A model generated the notes under the pieces. That model made no database searches, was not told where the DNA came from, and saw only the letters and a list, made by a program, of their open reading frames with translations. DNA of 63,846 nt, filler included, from Reclinomonas americana ATCC 50394 (taxonomy: Eukaryota), in NCBI GenBank assembly GCA_048213135.1. It is 6 parts of 4 records of this genome, joined end to end, with 100 filler letters (N's around TTAATTAATTAA, not from the genome) between each part and the next. Parts side by side here need not be neighbours in the genome. Positions count along the whole stretch, not along the records: positions 27,805 to 43,547 come from PS015049.1; positions 43,648 to 51,232 come from PS015049.1; 4 more parts are not named here. One strand, written 5' to 3'. The translations under genes were made by a program, and so were the position numbers. Numbering within the stretch: position 1 is the first letter of the stretch; each line of letters opens with the position of its first letter. Below, piece by piece: positions 37,555-51,100 of this stretch.

Positions 37555-38047
37555 ATGGACGCCGCGACCGCCAGTCGCATCGCCAAGATGGAGATCCTCC
37601 TGCAGCTGTACAAGCAGCACAACCAGAACTTCCGCCTGCGCACACAGCTGCTGGCGGCCGAGCGCGCGACCCTCGTCGGCATCTCCGACGATGAGTCGAC
37701 TGAGACACCGCCAATGCCGCCGGCGTCGGCGGAGGCCTTCAAGGCGGCGTTTGAGGCCAAGTTTCAAGGTGGGTCTCTCTCTGTGTGCGTGTGTGTGTCT
37801 GAGTGTGTGTCTGAGTGATCAATGTGTTGTCGTGTAGCTGGTTTGGTGCCGGGCGTCAAACCTCCGCGGCCAGTGAGTATCGTGTCGCGCCAGCCCATCC
37901 AGTCTGCGGAGGTGTGTGTGCGTGAGAGAGAGAGTGTGTGTGAGTGGTGATTCAACTGACGTGATGATGATGCTGGCGTGTCAGTTCCGCACCAAAGGCA
38001 CCCTCAAGTCACAGTTCGAGTTCCACAATGGCTTCCGCTTCTCAACA

Positions 38048-38115
<68 letters not shown>

Positions 38116-40796
38116 ATGAGTGTGCGCGCGTATGTGTGTGCGTTGCCCTCAATCTTCAATTCCATGTGCCTCACTCTCCGCTTCCTCTCTCTCTCTTCCT
38201 CTCTTTCTCTCTCTTGCTCTCTCTCTACACACAGTTGTACGGCGACATTCTGTCGGAGCCCGTGGACGCCATTGTTGCGGTGATTACGGGACCGTCGTAT
38301 TCACTGGCCAACTGCACCATTGCGGATCTGGTGGATCGTGTGGGCTCGAGTGTGCTGGTGCGCGTCTATGTGTGTCTGTCTGCGCCTTTGATCCATCTTG
38401 ACTGATGCGGGTGGCGCGCAGGCGGAGTTCATGCGCAAGTTGTCACAACAGCAGGTCACCACCGGCAGCGTGTTCCACATCTCCGGCGGCGGCCAGCTCT
38501 CGGTGCCGTACATTATCTGTGCTCTGTACGACGGGCGACATGAGGGGCTCGACATGAGCAGTGCGGTGAAGTTGACGGTGCAGCGTGTCATTGAGACCGC
38601 TGACGAGCTCGGCTGCAGCAGCATTGCGTTTGCGAACTTGCACAAGGGTGCGCATGTGTGTCTGGAGAGAGGGCATAGACGTGTGCTGGACTTTGTGAAA
38701 CTCAAAAAGTTGCTGGTCTCGCAGGCTTCTTCCCTGCGCAAGCGTTCTTGCAGGCGGCGCTCCCGGTGCTGCAGCAGGCAGCGGATATGGTCGAATCCAA
38801 CAGCACTTCGGTGCAAGACTTTCGATTCGTCGAGCCGGTGCTCGCCAGTGGTGCCGAGCAGGGTCTGGTCGAGATCATCATGGTCCGGTTTGCGGACGAG
38901 GTTTGTTGAGCGCTGGTAATGGGCGACTCGGGAAGATGGAAGCAGTTTCGATTCATTTTCCGCCCGTCTCCACAGCTCTCTCGCACGCCAGGGTACAAGC
39001 CGCTGGTCGGCGACATTAGCCAGATCGTGAAGCAACCGTCGGCACCGGTCAAGGCTGCCGAGGCGCCTCCAGTCGACCCACGCACGTGCTACGCATCACA
39101 TGTGCGTCTGGCACCGGTGCCGCCCTCTCGTGCTCACGGCGGCGAAGGCAGCATTACCTTTATCGACAAGGGTGCGTATTCATTCTTGCGTGTCTTTTCT
39201 TTTTCTCTTCCCCTACTCACTCCGACTGGCAGGCGACGGCACGCAAATGGTGGCCAGAGCCACAGTTGCACAGCTGATTGAGCATCTCACACAGCACAAT
39301 GCGCACTGTTGCGTCGCGCTCCCCCATTTTGTCTGTCCTCGGTGACCATGCTTACTTGTTGCGTGCAGCCATGTTCACGTTCAGCTTCCTGCTGACCTTC
39401 CGTTCGTTCATGTCGCCGGCCGAACTGGCTGACCGTCTCATCGAGGTGTTCAATCTGATGCCGCCGAGTCTGGAGCCCAAGGAGTTTGCGATGTTCAAGA
39501 AGAACACCCTCGACAGGGTCCGCCTGCGGTCAGTCGTGCATGGCCCTCTCTCGCAGTGTGACGACCACTCTCACGTGCTGCTGCCAGGGTTATCAATGTG
39601 CTGCGCAAGTGGCTGCGCGATTCGCGGCGCGACTTTGAGGATGAGTCGCTGCTGGAGCGCATTCGTGTGTTTGTGAGAGACGAAGTGGCGTTTGTGTACG
39701 GCCCGGCGGCGATGCTGACCACGCAACTGAATGGCGAACTCGACGCATTCGTCCAGTGGCGTGAGGAACAGCGCTTGTCACAACAATCTATCCTGCCCGC
39801 CATTCAAGTGATGCCGGCAAATGCCACGCTCGACGACAAGATTGCCATTGTCTGCAACGACAACATACTCGACAAGTGGGACTCGACGCAGATTGCACAG
39901 CAGGTGAGATCCGTGCGGGAGGGAAATGGTAATGTGAAGGGAGAGTGGAGCTCTGACATCATCATGTGTGCGCAGATTACACTGTTGGTGTTTGACCTGT
40001 TCCAGCGCGTCGAATCGTACGAGTGCGTCGACCGGTACTGGAACATCGAGGGCAAGAAGCACTTGGCACCCAACATTTGCCGCGCCACGGAGCAATTCAA
40101 TCGTTTCTGCAACTGGGTGTCGTCGACGATTGTCACGCAAACGGATCTCAAGAAGCGAAAGAAGTACCTGAAGACCATCATTGAGATCGCAGAGGTATGT
40201 CGTGGTGTCGCCACGCAGAGGCATGGTGTGGTGCTGATGCTCGCTCGCTGCCAGAAATGTCGCACGTACAACAACTTTGAGACGGTGGTCGCGGTGGTGG
40301 GAGCCCTCGGCTCGGCCTCTGTGCGCCGCCTGACCAAGACGTTCGAGCAGCTGTCGAGGAGTGCGCAGGCGCTGTACAACTCGCACATGCGCCTCTTCCC
40401 GGAGAACAAGAACATGAAGGCTTTGCGCGATGCGGTGCGCTCGTCGCAGGGTCCATGCGTGCCCTACCTGGGCCGCTTCCTTACCGACATTATCCTCGCC
40501 GACGCCGGCAACCGCGACAAGGACGATGACCGTCGCATCAACTTCCGCAAGTGCACCATTATCGCCGAGGTCAGTGTTTCCTCTTGGGAAAGTTGTGATG
40601 CCTCCCGTCCTCCATTGCTCACTACGTCGTCGACTTTGCGCAGGCCATTCGCGACATGCAACTGTACCAGCAGTTCCCGTACTCGTTTGCGCGCAACGAG
40701 GAGATACAGAGGCGTCTCGTGTCGCTGCCGTCGCTGAGCGAGGACGAGATGTTTGAGTTGTCGCTGCGGGTCCAACCACGACAACCAAGCCGGTGA
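37555..40796 (+). CDS. Macro domain - REM - CDC25-type RasGEF fusion protein; about 12 introns
   Basis: Macro motifs LYGDILSEPVDAIV, GQLSVPYIICA and GCSSIAF. REM motifs ATVAQLIEHLT and FLLTFRSFMSP. CDC25 motifs IAQQITL, APNI..FNRFCNWV, NNFETVVAVVGALGS and PCVPYLGRFLTD..GNRD..INFRKC. Confidence 0.88.
38052..38114 (+). repeat. (GT)n microsatellite within an intron
   Basis: About 30 uninterrupted GT units directly after a GTGAGT donor. Confidence 0.95.
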
Positions 40797-40881
40797 GGTC
40801 CGTGTGCTGGCGACGATGCCATTGGCGACGGACGCACGAAAATGAAAACAAGTATCGTGGACTTGCGCGTGTCATGTTTCT

Positions 40882-42017
40882 TCACTCTTCGCTCGCTGCG
40901 TTGTGCGGTCGCTTGAGTGGTGGCGGCTCCGCCTCGTCGGCCTCAGTGTGCTCCAGTGGTCGCTTGCGTGTGTCGAGTGGAGACAACTCTGATACCGCTG
41001 CTGTTGGTGGCGGTGGTGGTGGTGGTGGTGGCGGCGGAGGAGGAACGGCCACTCCAACGTGCTGGCGAAACGTGAGTGAGATGCGTGGTGTCAGCAGCTT
41101 GTTGGAGCGCTGTGGAGGAATTCCGTGCTTCCAATTCTGCTGCGTGGTGCCGCGCATCACCAGCAACGACCCGTGCGTCACTGTGACTCGCTTCTTGCGA
41201 CTCTTGTCGCGCTTGCTCTGCAAGTCAAAGTATCGCGAGGCCCCGAGTGATATGCTGCGCGCGTAAAAGGTCAGCCAACGACAATGTAACAAGGGCACGA
41301 AAACGCCGCCTCCCCCCACCAGGCAACGCAGCCACTGGAGAGCGACTTCTCGTCGTCTGCATGCAGTCCGACCGAATCGCTGCCGTCGCGGTACAAGTTG
41401 GCCAGGATGGCTGCACTCGCACCTTCAGCACTCACTACCACACCACGGTCGCAGTCCACTCACCATTAAAGTGTGTGTTGAGGTGGTGATTGATGTTGCG
41501 CAGCAGCTCGTCCACCGCGTCTGGCGTTCGCTGGCACACCAGCCCGCGGTTCTTCGAGTACCGATACGCCTGTTCCACACACACACGAGTCAGCGACGAG
41601 CACCGAGCTGCATGCCCGCAAACACACACCGGTACCTCGACTTCCGCACTGCGCGTGATGAACGCCATGCCTCGGTGCTGGATGCAGTCGCGCCCATTGA
41701 TCACCACCGGCAACTCGAACTGACAATTATGAGCGACAACTAGAACGGCAAACAACAAGAAGACGAGCAGTCTGACCTGGAACTTGATGCCACTCCGCTC
41801 CTCGTCCATCAACAGCGCAAACATGTCATCGGCCACCGCCCTGCGCCAAGAAGCAATGAGCATATGCAGCGCGGGGAGGAGAACACCACCACAGACGACC
41901 CGCACACTCACCGGTCGAGGAAGTGAGGCTCAAAGCTCACGAGTGACCCATCGGGCTCGTCAAGCACATATTCGACAACTGTGCACGCAGCGATCATCAA
42001 TCACTAATCACAATGAA

Positions 42018-42052
<35 letters not shown>

Positions 42053-42245
42053 CATTACGAGGCGGTCTCTTGGGCACTCGCATGACCGTCGCCGCCACCA
42101 CTTGCTCAACACTCTTCTGCTGTTGTTGCAACGATGGTGCCTCGATCTCCACCACATCATCATCATCCACCTCCTCCACCTCTACCGACGAAGCAGCCTT
42201 CGCGCGCTGAAAGAAAACGTCAAGCGTGCCTCTCGCGCGCTGCAT
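40882..42245 (-). CDS. AlkB family Fe(II)/2-oxoglutarate dioxygenase, ALKBH2/3-like
   Basis: ILANLYRDGSDSVGLHADDE (HxD), ISLGASRYF, HGSLLVMRGTTQQNWKHGIP and RISLTFR. Confidence 0.92.
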
Positions 42246-42351
42246 TTGCCTCCAAATACAATGGCGACCACAAACGCGACACAATGACAGGATGAAGGTA
42301 CTCCGTCTTTGTCGGATTCTCGTTCTTCGCGCCTTTGTGTGACGCACATCA

Positions 42352-43547
42352 ATGGCGGACGACGGCTCCAAGAACGCGCTTTACCTTGTGTATCAGAAGT
42401 GGCGACTGGCGGGTCCGCATTATGTCACTGAGCCGCATATGCGCGGATTTGAGACGACTGTTGCGTGCGAGCGTGTGTGTGTCGCAAGAGAGTGAGTGCG
42501 AGTGTGTGTCAGTGAGCATGTGTGTGAGGGAGTGAGAGAGTGAAAAGTGTGAGTGTGTGTGTATTTCATGTGTGTCCCCCAGTTCGCGCTTATATCGATG
42601 ATTGCATGCATATAGCTGGAGCTTCCGGCTGAGTTTCGGTTGCCGGCTGGCGAGCGGATAGTGCGTGGTTTGGGCGCGAACAAGAAGAACGCGGAGGCAG
42701 AGGTGGCACGAGCGGCAATGGATTTGTTGCGAAGAGTGCGATGATCATCATCATTTTTCCGCGCGCGCGCGCTTTTGTGTGCATGCTTAGTTGTTGTTGA
42801 TCGCAGAGTGGTCTGCTGGAGGTGATTTCGGGCGGTGCGGTGATTACGAACTCGAAGCAGGACCTATTGGAGTTGCGTCTGTGTATGCATCTCTCGCTCG
42901 CGCCCTTCGCTCACTTCCTGGTGGCAGGCGCGTGAGGCTGGCCCACGGAGACCCCAACGCGATCGAGTATAACTCCTGGTCATCGGGTCCGTCGCATGCA
43001 CCGACATTCACGGCCTCGGTGACGGTGCATGACTTGCCGGCCATGCGGGGAGAGCCACTGGTGGAGGAGGCTGTGGCGTCCACCAAGAAAGGTACGACGA
43101 CACGGCGGTTGTGCCTTCCTGTTGCCTCACACGCGGTTTCGCAGAGGCCGAGAAGCTGGCGGCGATGCAGGCAGTGGAGGTGCTGCAGCGTGCTCTGCTT
43201 GCTTGTTCACACACGTCACGTCCTCACCATGTCACAGAGAATCGACGAACTCTTGCGAGGCAGAGGAGGAGGAGGAGGACGAGGAGGAGAAAGTTCGCGT
43301 GGTTCAGCCTCGTCACCTGCTTCTTATGCCGCTCCCGCTGCACGTCCCCCCGTCTACTCGCCAGCACCGGCTGCCGCGTCGCGTGTGACACCCGCCTCGT
43401 CACCGTATTCCGCATCGCCGAGCTCGCCGGCATCCGCCTCGTCGTCGCGGTCGTCTCCCGCCGCCGCACTGGCCTCGTCGTTTTCTGTTCTATCGACCGC
43501 CGCGCCTCGATCCCCTGCGCGTCATACGGCCCCGACATTCTCTGCCG
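42352..43547 (+). CDS. Protein with two dsRNA-binding domains; 3' end truncated
   Basis: dsRBD1: SKNALY..P.Y..GFETTL..GLGANKKNAEAEVARAA. dsRBD2: NSKQDLLE..SGPSHAPTFTASVTV..STKKEAEKLAAMQA. Confidence 0.85.
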
Positions 43548-43985
43548 NNNNNNNNNNNNNNNNNNNNNNNNNNNNNNNNNNNNNNNNNNNNTTAATTAAT
43601 TAANNNNNNNNNNNNNNNNNNNNNNNNNNNNNNNNNNNNNNNNNNNNTCTTCTTCTCTCTCTCCTTGTCGTCCTCTCTCTCTCTCTCTCTCTCTCTTTCT
43701 TGTTCTTGACTCGAGGCTCGTTCTCTCCGTTCACTGCACAATCGTTCCTCCCGTTGTCTGTGTGCTCGTCTGCCTTCTTCCGAGTCTTGCTGCCCGTTCC
43801 CTTGTGCCTCCTCTCTTTCTCACCTCCCTTGTCTGTGCGCTCTCTTGTTCTTATCTGCCCTTATTGCTTGACCTGTGTCGTTCTGCCTGCCTCGTTGTGC
43901 CTTGCTCTCCCTCGCCCTCCCCTGTTCTTCGCCTCTCTCTTTGTCCCCTGCTGCGCCTCACATCTCCACCCTCCCTCCCTCTCAG

Positions 43986-46900
43986 AATCCAGCAGCTGCC
44001 GCGAAGTGCGCTTCCGTGGCGACATTCCGCCTCCTCGCAACTCGTCGGCCGCCGTGATGCTGGGCGACTCCTCGCGGCGCATCTTCTTCTTTGGTGGCGA
44101 GCTGCACTCGCACGTGTGCGGACAAGACTGCTACACTCTCGATACGTGTTGCGTGCTCCTCCTCCCCGTCCCCTTTATCCTTCTTCTGACTCACTCCGCA
44201 CTGCCCCGCAGCCATGGACCCCATGATGTGGACGCGGCTGGAGTTCTCGGGCGAGTTGCCGTCGCCGCGATATGGTCACACGGCGGTGCTGGTGGATCCG
44301 CTGCGGGTGTTGGTGTGGGGCGGATGGGATACGCAGCGGAGATTTGCCGACGGCTACCTCTTTGATGTGGCGCGCCTGCGATGTCGCAAGGTGATGTTTG
44401 TCGGCGAGCTGCCACCGGAGCGGGCGTACCATGTGGCGGTGATGTATGAGCCGCACCGAGTGCTGGTGTGGGGCGGATCGGAGGCCAATGAGTGGAGCAG
44501 CGTCGGGTACACGCTCGACACTGGTGTGTGTCGGCGTCCCCTTCCCCCCTTTCTCTCCTTCCTGCACTCACTTCGATAACAGAGCGCTGGAAGTGGAGCA
44601 CCATGGACTTTTACGGCGACGTGCCTCCACCACTGGCCATGTCGGCTGCCGTGCTCATCGGACCCGGCACGGTGCTGCTGTGGGGCGGTGCTGATTTCGA
44701 TCAGGGCCGCCACAACGAGGGCTGGGAGTTGGATCTCGGTTACGCTGCCTTTGATCGTCATTCGCGTGCTCGTATTGTCTCACGCGTTGGCGGCCGATGC
44801 AGAGTCGCTCACTTGGCGACGACAGTCCGACGAGACGCGCGCACGTCCAACTGCGCGCGACGGTCACTCGCTCACGGTGCTGCGGCCGGGGCGTGCGGTG
44901 CTCTTTGGTGGTCACGACGGCGACTATTGCAACGATTTTCACGAGATTCATTGCGGTGTGCTGCTCTTCAGCGTCACCCTCTTGGCGCACACTCGCTTGT
45001 TCCTCACTGTGCCTGCACAGAGGTTGACTCGTCCAACATCTTGCCGACAGACATTCCCCGGCTGGAAAAGATACCGAGCACAGAACACAGCGGCGCGTGC
45101 ATTGCGCTGCGGTGGAATCGCGACGCGTTGGACGCGCTGTCGGCTGCCGTGCGCATCGCTCATCGTGCTCCCGATGGTCGTGTGGAAGGTCTTGTGGCGT
45201 CACCTTTTTCGCAAACCCTCGATAAGCGAAGCGCTCATGTGTGCTGTGTGTGTTAGTCCTGCGCTCGTGTCGCATGTTCCGAGCCGGGTACGGCTCGTAC
45301 CGCGGTTGTGTCATTTCCGACCTGGGTCCTGGCGAGCACTCGTTCCGCTTGGAGGCTCGCATTCTGGTGTCACTCATGGGCACACCGGGCTCGCTGTCGT
45401 CGCAGCCTGGCGTCTCGGTGGCGCCAATGTTGCCGGCCGTTCCGCGCGAAGGCCTCCAGGTGGAGGACTGTGATTGGGTGGTGGGACCGTGGGCACAGTT
45501 TGTTGTCGAATTAGGTGCTGCGCAGTCGTCGTGTATCCGCCACAATCCCTCCCCGTTTCCTCATTCTGCCTTCTTCTCTTCCTTCCTCGGCTCATCCTGC
45601 AGACCCCATCCGTCCGCATGTCGAGAGCGTGGAGACGCACGCCGCGCTGCTGGTGTGGGACTCCGAGTCGCCGTTTCCGCCAGATAGTGCGCCACCCTAC
45701 TTGCCACAGGACCCCGAGCTTTCAAAAGTGGCACACGATGCACTGGTGGAGGCGCGTTGATTCTTCCACTTCTGCCACCCTGAATTGGTCGCTCACACTG
45801 GACGTCGGCGCAGTTTGTCACATTTATTATGGTCCCGCACCCCAAACACAGTGGCACCACGGTTCCCGTTCCGCTGCAGCGTGCCCAATGTGTTGCCGGT
45901 GTCGGAGGTTTGCGTGGGTGCGCGCTTGCCGGCTTGCGCTCTTGTCTCTGACCGAGGAGGAGAGTTTGTAGAGTTCCGCCTGGAGAATTTGGTGCCGGCG
46001 CAGAACTATGTTACGCGAGTCACTGTGCAGGGCTCAACACACGCCGAGTATGTGCCGTTCACCACCAATGCGCTGGGTGCGTCGGTCACATGTGTGTGCG
46101 TGTGTGTGCCGCAACACCTCGTCTCACTCGCAGTCTCGGACAGAGGACGGTCAGCTGCAGGCACTCAGCAACTCACTGCTCGCCGAGTTCACCTCGCGCT
46201 ACGTAGACGTCAACCTCACCTCTGCGTTTCCTGGCTACGTAGGTGGGTGTCGACAAGTGTTGATCGAGCGCCACGTCTTTGTGCTCACTGTCACTCGGCA
46301 GTCTCGCCACTGGAGCGTGTGTCCACCGCTCGTGCCTCGCTTGCCACAACCACTGCCGCGCGCCAAGCCAACTTGTCGCCCGACCTGTCAGTGGTCCTCA
46401 CCAACACTCTCCAGTTCCTGGATTCAACCGGCGATGTTGTGGGCGCGGATCTCTTCGCCTCGACACAATCGTACGTCCATTGTTCCACTCGTGAATGCAC
46501 TTGTGCCGGGTCGACCCCTGATTTATTGCGCCCAGCCTGACTCCTCTTACCGTGTCGGTATTGGAACGCGCGGCTGAGCAAGCCCAGGAACTGGCGCGCA
46601 CGGCGGAGGAGACGGCGGTGAATGTAGCCGATGGCAACCTGCGACTGACGCAGTTTCAGGGCGAGCTTGCCAAGTTGCGTCCATTTTTGTTATTTGCGTT
46701 CCATAACTGCACGCTCGATCTGTCATCTGAGTGCGACTTTGCCGCCTACAGCGCCTCCAGCGAAGTGTCACCCGTTGCGTACCTCACTTGAATGAGAACA
46801 ACGAGTGAGGGTAATTCGCTCACCTCGAAGAGTGCTGCAGGAATCCGACATTGTCGCTGCCGTCGCTGCATCCAATGCCCAGGTCGATCGCGCATCGACA

Positions 46901-48021
46901 GGTGAGAGAGACAACAACAGCACGATACCGTCGTTGCGAGGGCGCGCACTGATAATCATGGGTACCACTCCCGTCTCTCGCACAGTGTGGAAAGAGTGGA
47001 CGAGACTGGATGGCCGACAGCAGCAAGAATGGAAGGCGGTGGAAAAGAGGTATGCACTGAGGTTCTCTCCCCAAGGCTGGACGGCCCTCGCCACCTCACA
47101 TCGCTTGAATCGATGCAGATGTGCCGATGCCGTGCACGTGTTTGACAAACCAGTCAATGAGCTGTGTTCGGAGGTGGAAAGCGAGCGGCTGGATGTGGTC
47201 AGCAGGTTAGCCGAGGCCGCCACAGAACGTCTGGAATTGGAGCAGGAGTGCGCCGAGCTGCGTGCACGCCTCGCTCGCCAAGAGGCTCGGCTGCAAGCTG
47301 TACAAGTGTCGGAAGAGGTCCGTTGCTGACTCTTTTCGTCATTCTGTCTTTCTCTCTCACACACACTCTCATGCGTGTGGTGCCAGACCTTGCGCTCGCT
47401 GGCCGGCTCTAGCGTGCTTCGTGCGGAAATGACTCCGTCCCTGTCCGCTGAAGACGTGGAGCAACGGCGGCTTCTCGTTGATCGACTGAGTCGCGTGCCG
47501 GCATCCTTTCAAGGCGCCGTGCAGCGAGTTGCGTGGATTTGCCCCTGTTGCTTCTCACTGAAACAAGGAACTGACCCTGTGTCGCGAGTACAGATGGTTG
47601 TCGGACCGGCGAATGAGTGGCTCGACGAGTGGCGCGATACACCGCGGCCGGAGATGATGTCGCAGCTGTGGAATCACTTGGACGCGCTTGTGGGCGAAGC
47701 CGGCGCTCTTCACGTGCAGCTGACACGCCAGACGACGATTGCGGCAACTAGCGATCTCGACGACGCCGGAAAACTCGTCTTGCAGCAGCGATTGCGGAGT
47801 GTTGCGTGCTATCTTTCCAGCTAGTTTCATTCGATTGCTGCTCCCTTCTCATCGATCTTCGGTCGCAGATTGCCAGTCGACTAAATCGCCTGCACACACA
47901 CGTGTACCAGGTGGGCCGACTGCTGGGCGAAGACGACGACTCCGTGGCCGAAATGCTCTCCATGCGACGCCGATCCGCAGTGGCCGACGCCAATGGCAGA
48001 TTACCCGGCGGCAATCCGTGA
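43986..48021 (+). CDS. Kelch-repeat / FN3-like / coiled-coil protein; 5' end truncated
   Basis: Kelch repeats PSPRYGHTAVLV..VWGGWD, PPERAYHVAV..WGG and ARDGHSLT..LFGGHDG. FN3-like segments SDLGPGEHSFRLEA and ENLVPAQNYVTRV. Helical C-terminus. Contains a GC-AG intron at 45752-45813. Confidence 0.82.
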
Positions 48022-48198
48022 AAATCGCGCAGCAATGAAAAATCGTGGTCATTCGCCAATCTTGTCGAGGCGCAACACGACAGCCGGTGATACACCATGC
48101 GAGCCGTCCCATGTGCACCGGCGAAAGTTGGGCAGCGCCGATCCAATGATGCGTTCCAGAAGACCATCGGAGCTGCATGACGGTGGTGAGGCACAGTG

Positions 48199-51100
48199 CT
48201 AATGTCTCACATGCACGAAGATATTGCATCGCAACCTTTCCACTGGGCACGCCTCGCCGCTGCGACCAAACACAATCGGGTCCTTCACAACAGTCGGCTT
48301 GAACATGACCGGCTGTTTGCGCAACGGGCGACTGGCACGGCCCTCCTCCGCTTCGACCGGAGCCGCCGGCGCCATCTCCTGCTCGCGCGCGTGCTGCAAC
48401 TGCACCTCGGCCACCACGGCAGCCGCCTCCAGCGACCACATGCGCAGGGAGCTGTCGGTGCCGCCACACAACACAGAGCGACCGTCTGGCGTGACGGCGA
48501 GCGCCGAGACGCGGCCAAATGTCGACACGTCAAAGTGGCACACCTCCATGTCGGTCTGCAGACTCCACACACTCAGCGACTGCGAATCACCGCCGACCAC
48601 CACGAATCGTCCGTCAGGCGGCGTGATGGCCAAGGCACGCACACGCATGGTCGGCGGCAGCATAAGGCACTTGACCTCCCGACCGGACTCCAGATGCCAC
48701 ACACGGAGGGTCTTGTCCCCACCGCCACTGACTGCGTGCACACCGTCGGGCGTGCAAACCACGGCCCCGACCCACTCGGTGTGACCCGTCAGCACCTTGC
48801 TGCTCGTCACAGATGGCTTGTCCACGCAAAAGTCCCACACACGCACGGTGCGGTCCCAACTGCAGCTCACAATGCACGAGTTCTTCGGGCCGACAGCTAC
48901 GCCGCTCACGGAGAGCGAGTGGCTCGTCATGGTGGACACCAGGGCTCCCGCTTCATGCAAATCCCACAGTCGAACGGTGCAGTCGGCGGCGCCAGTCACC
49001 GCGTAGCGCCCGTCGGCACTCACCGCGACCGTCGTCACGTCGTTCTCGTGTCCACTCAACTCGCACTCGGCCGCGCCCCGTGCCACATTCCACACGTCCA
49101 CTTGCCGATGCTTGCTGACGCTCAGAAGGCGCTGGCCATCGGGCGTCACGGCTAGCGCTCGAACAGGGCGCGTTCCGGTCGAGAGGTGCGCGACTGCACG
49201 ACGCGTGCTCAACGACCACGCAATCAGCAGGCCGTCATCGCCGCCACTGACTGCATGCAGTCCGTCAGGCATGGCCACCGTCGCTCGCACCGCCTTGCGA
49301 TGCCCGACCAGCCTCTTGGTGGACAGTGTGGTTGTCTCGACAAACAGTGGAGGAAGATGCAAAGCAGAAGCCGCCGCATCAAACACAGCAGTCGACGCAC
49401 TACCAGCTGCTGCTGACCCACTGTCGTGTCTTTCGCGAGTTGCCACCGTTGTAGCAGCAGCTGCGGGCGGAGAAGTGCAGTCGTCTGCTGGCGCAGGCAA
49501 GATCCACACGCGAAGTGTGCGGTCGTTGCCACCGCTAATGGCGCGGAGGCCATCGCTCGTCACCGCCACCGAATACACAGCTCCGGTGTGTCCCGACAGT
49601 CGCGAGACCACCTCGGCTTCGCATTCTGCGACCGGCTCGCCACTGTCGGTGATCGCCGACGAAAACGAGAGGCGCCACAGCAACAGAGTGTCGTCGTCGC
49701 CAGCCGTGAGGAAGCGTCGCGAGTCGGGAGTGAGGCACACACAGTTGACGCCGTTGGTGTGGGGAGCACGCACGCAATGCACCTGTTGTCCGTGGGCCAG
49801 AGACCACACTCGCACGGTGCAGTCTTTGGCGCCGCTGAGGAGGTGCTGCCCGTCGGACGTCACCACCAGGCTCATCACGTTGCCGGTGTGGCCCTCCAGC
49901 ACCCACAACGGTTGCACGGCAGCGTCACCAGAGTCCACGGCCGCGTCGTCAGATTCGTCGACATGTCGGAGAACATGCTCTTGAGCAGCCTGTGTGGGCC
50001 ACGCCCGGATAAGCTTGTCGTCGCCGGCCGAAAGCAGCAGCTTGCCGTCGGGAGTGGCCACCAGGGTTTCGACGCGGCCCTCGTGACTGCGCATGCAACA
50101 GTGCCGTACGGCCTCCGGCTGCGGGACGTCCTCCAGCTGCCCGAACGACAACGAGGAGCGCACGTGACCCAAGTGAGCCGACGGCATGGCCCACATGCGA
50201 ACAGTGCCATCGGCTGCGGCACTGGCCACAAAGCGGTCATTGTCCAGCAAACACAGCGCCGTGACGGGTTGCCGATGGCCGGAGAACACACGAACGGGGC
50301 GCGACGACAAGTGTGACCACAGCACCAGGTAGTTGTCCCAGCCGCCACTGACGAGCAGCCGATTGTCCGCCGTGGCCACAAGCGCCTTGATGCCGTCGAC
50401 GGCGGTCGCATGCATGCGGAAGACCTTGACTTCCTCGCCCGACGGCAGGTACCACACGCGCATGGTGGCGTCGTTGGAACAGGTGGCGAGGAAACGGCCC
50501 GGTAACGTGATAATTCCGTTGACGTTGCGCTCGTGGCCCTCCAGGCGGCGGACCTCTTCGCCGGTGGCAAGCACCCACACTCGAGCCGTTCGGTCCTTGC
50601 TGCCACTGACAATGTGCAGACTATCGGGCGTGATGGTGACGGCTTGCACCTCATCCGTGTGACCCTCGAAACGATGCACGACTTCGCCCGTAGCCAGTGA
50701 CCAGACCCACACCGTGCGGTCGTTGCCGCCACACACCACATGCCGCCCATCCGGTGTCACCGACACGGAGCGCACGGCATGTCTCTCGCCTTTGAGCTCA
50801 ATGTGCGACAAGCCATCGGCGATCGAGTACACGTACACCAAACGATTGCCGCCGCCAAACACCACGTTCCGGCAGTCGGGGGTAAAGGCGACCGACAGCA
50901 CAAAGCGCTTGTCAGCAGTGGGAATTCGGCGCACCACCTCTCCGGTCTCCACTGACCAGATGCACACATGACCGTCACTGCCACCCGAGACCAAATGTTG
51001 CACGTCTGGCGAGAAAGCTGCGCTCGTGACGATGCTCTCATGCGCCACTGCCTGCCATCGCAGGGCTCCATCGAGAAGCTGCCACACGCGGAGCGTCGAA

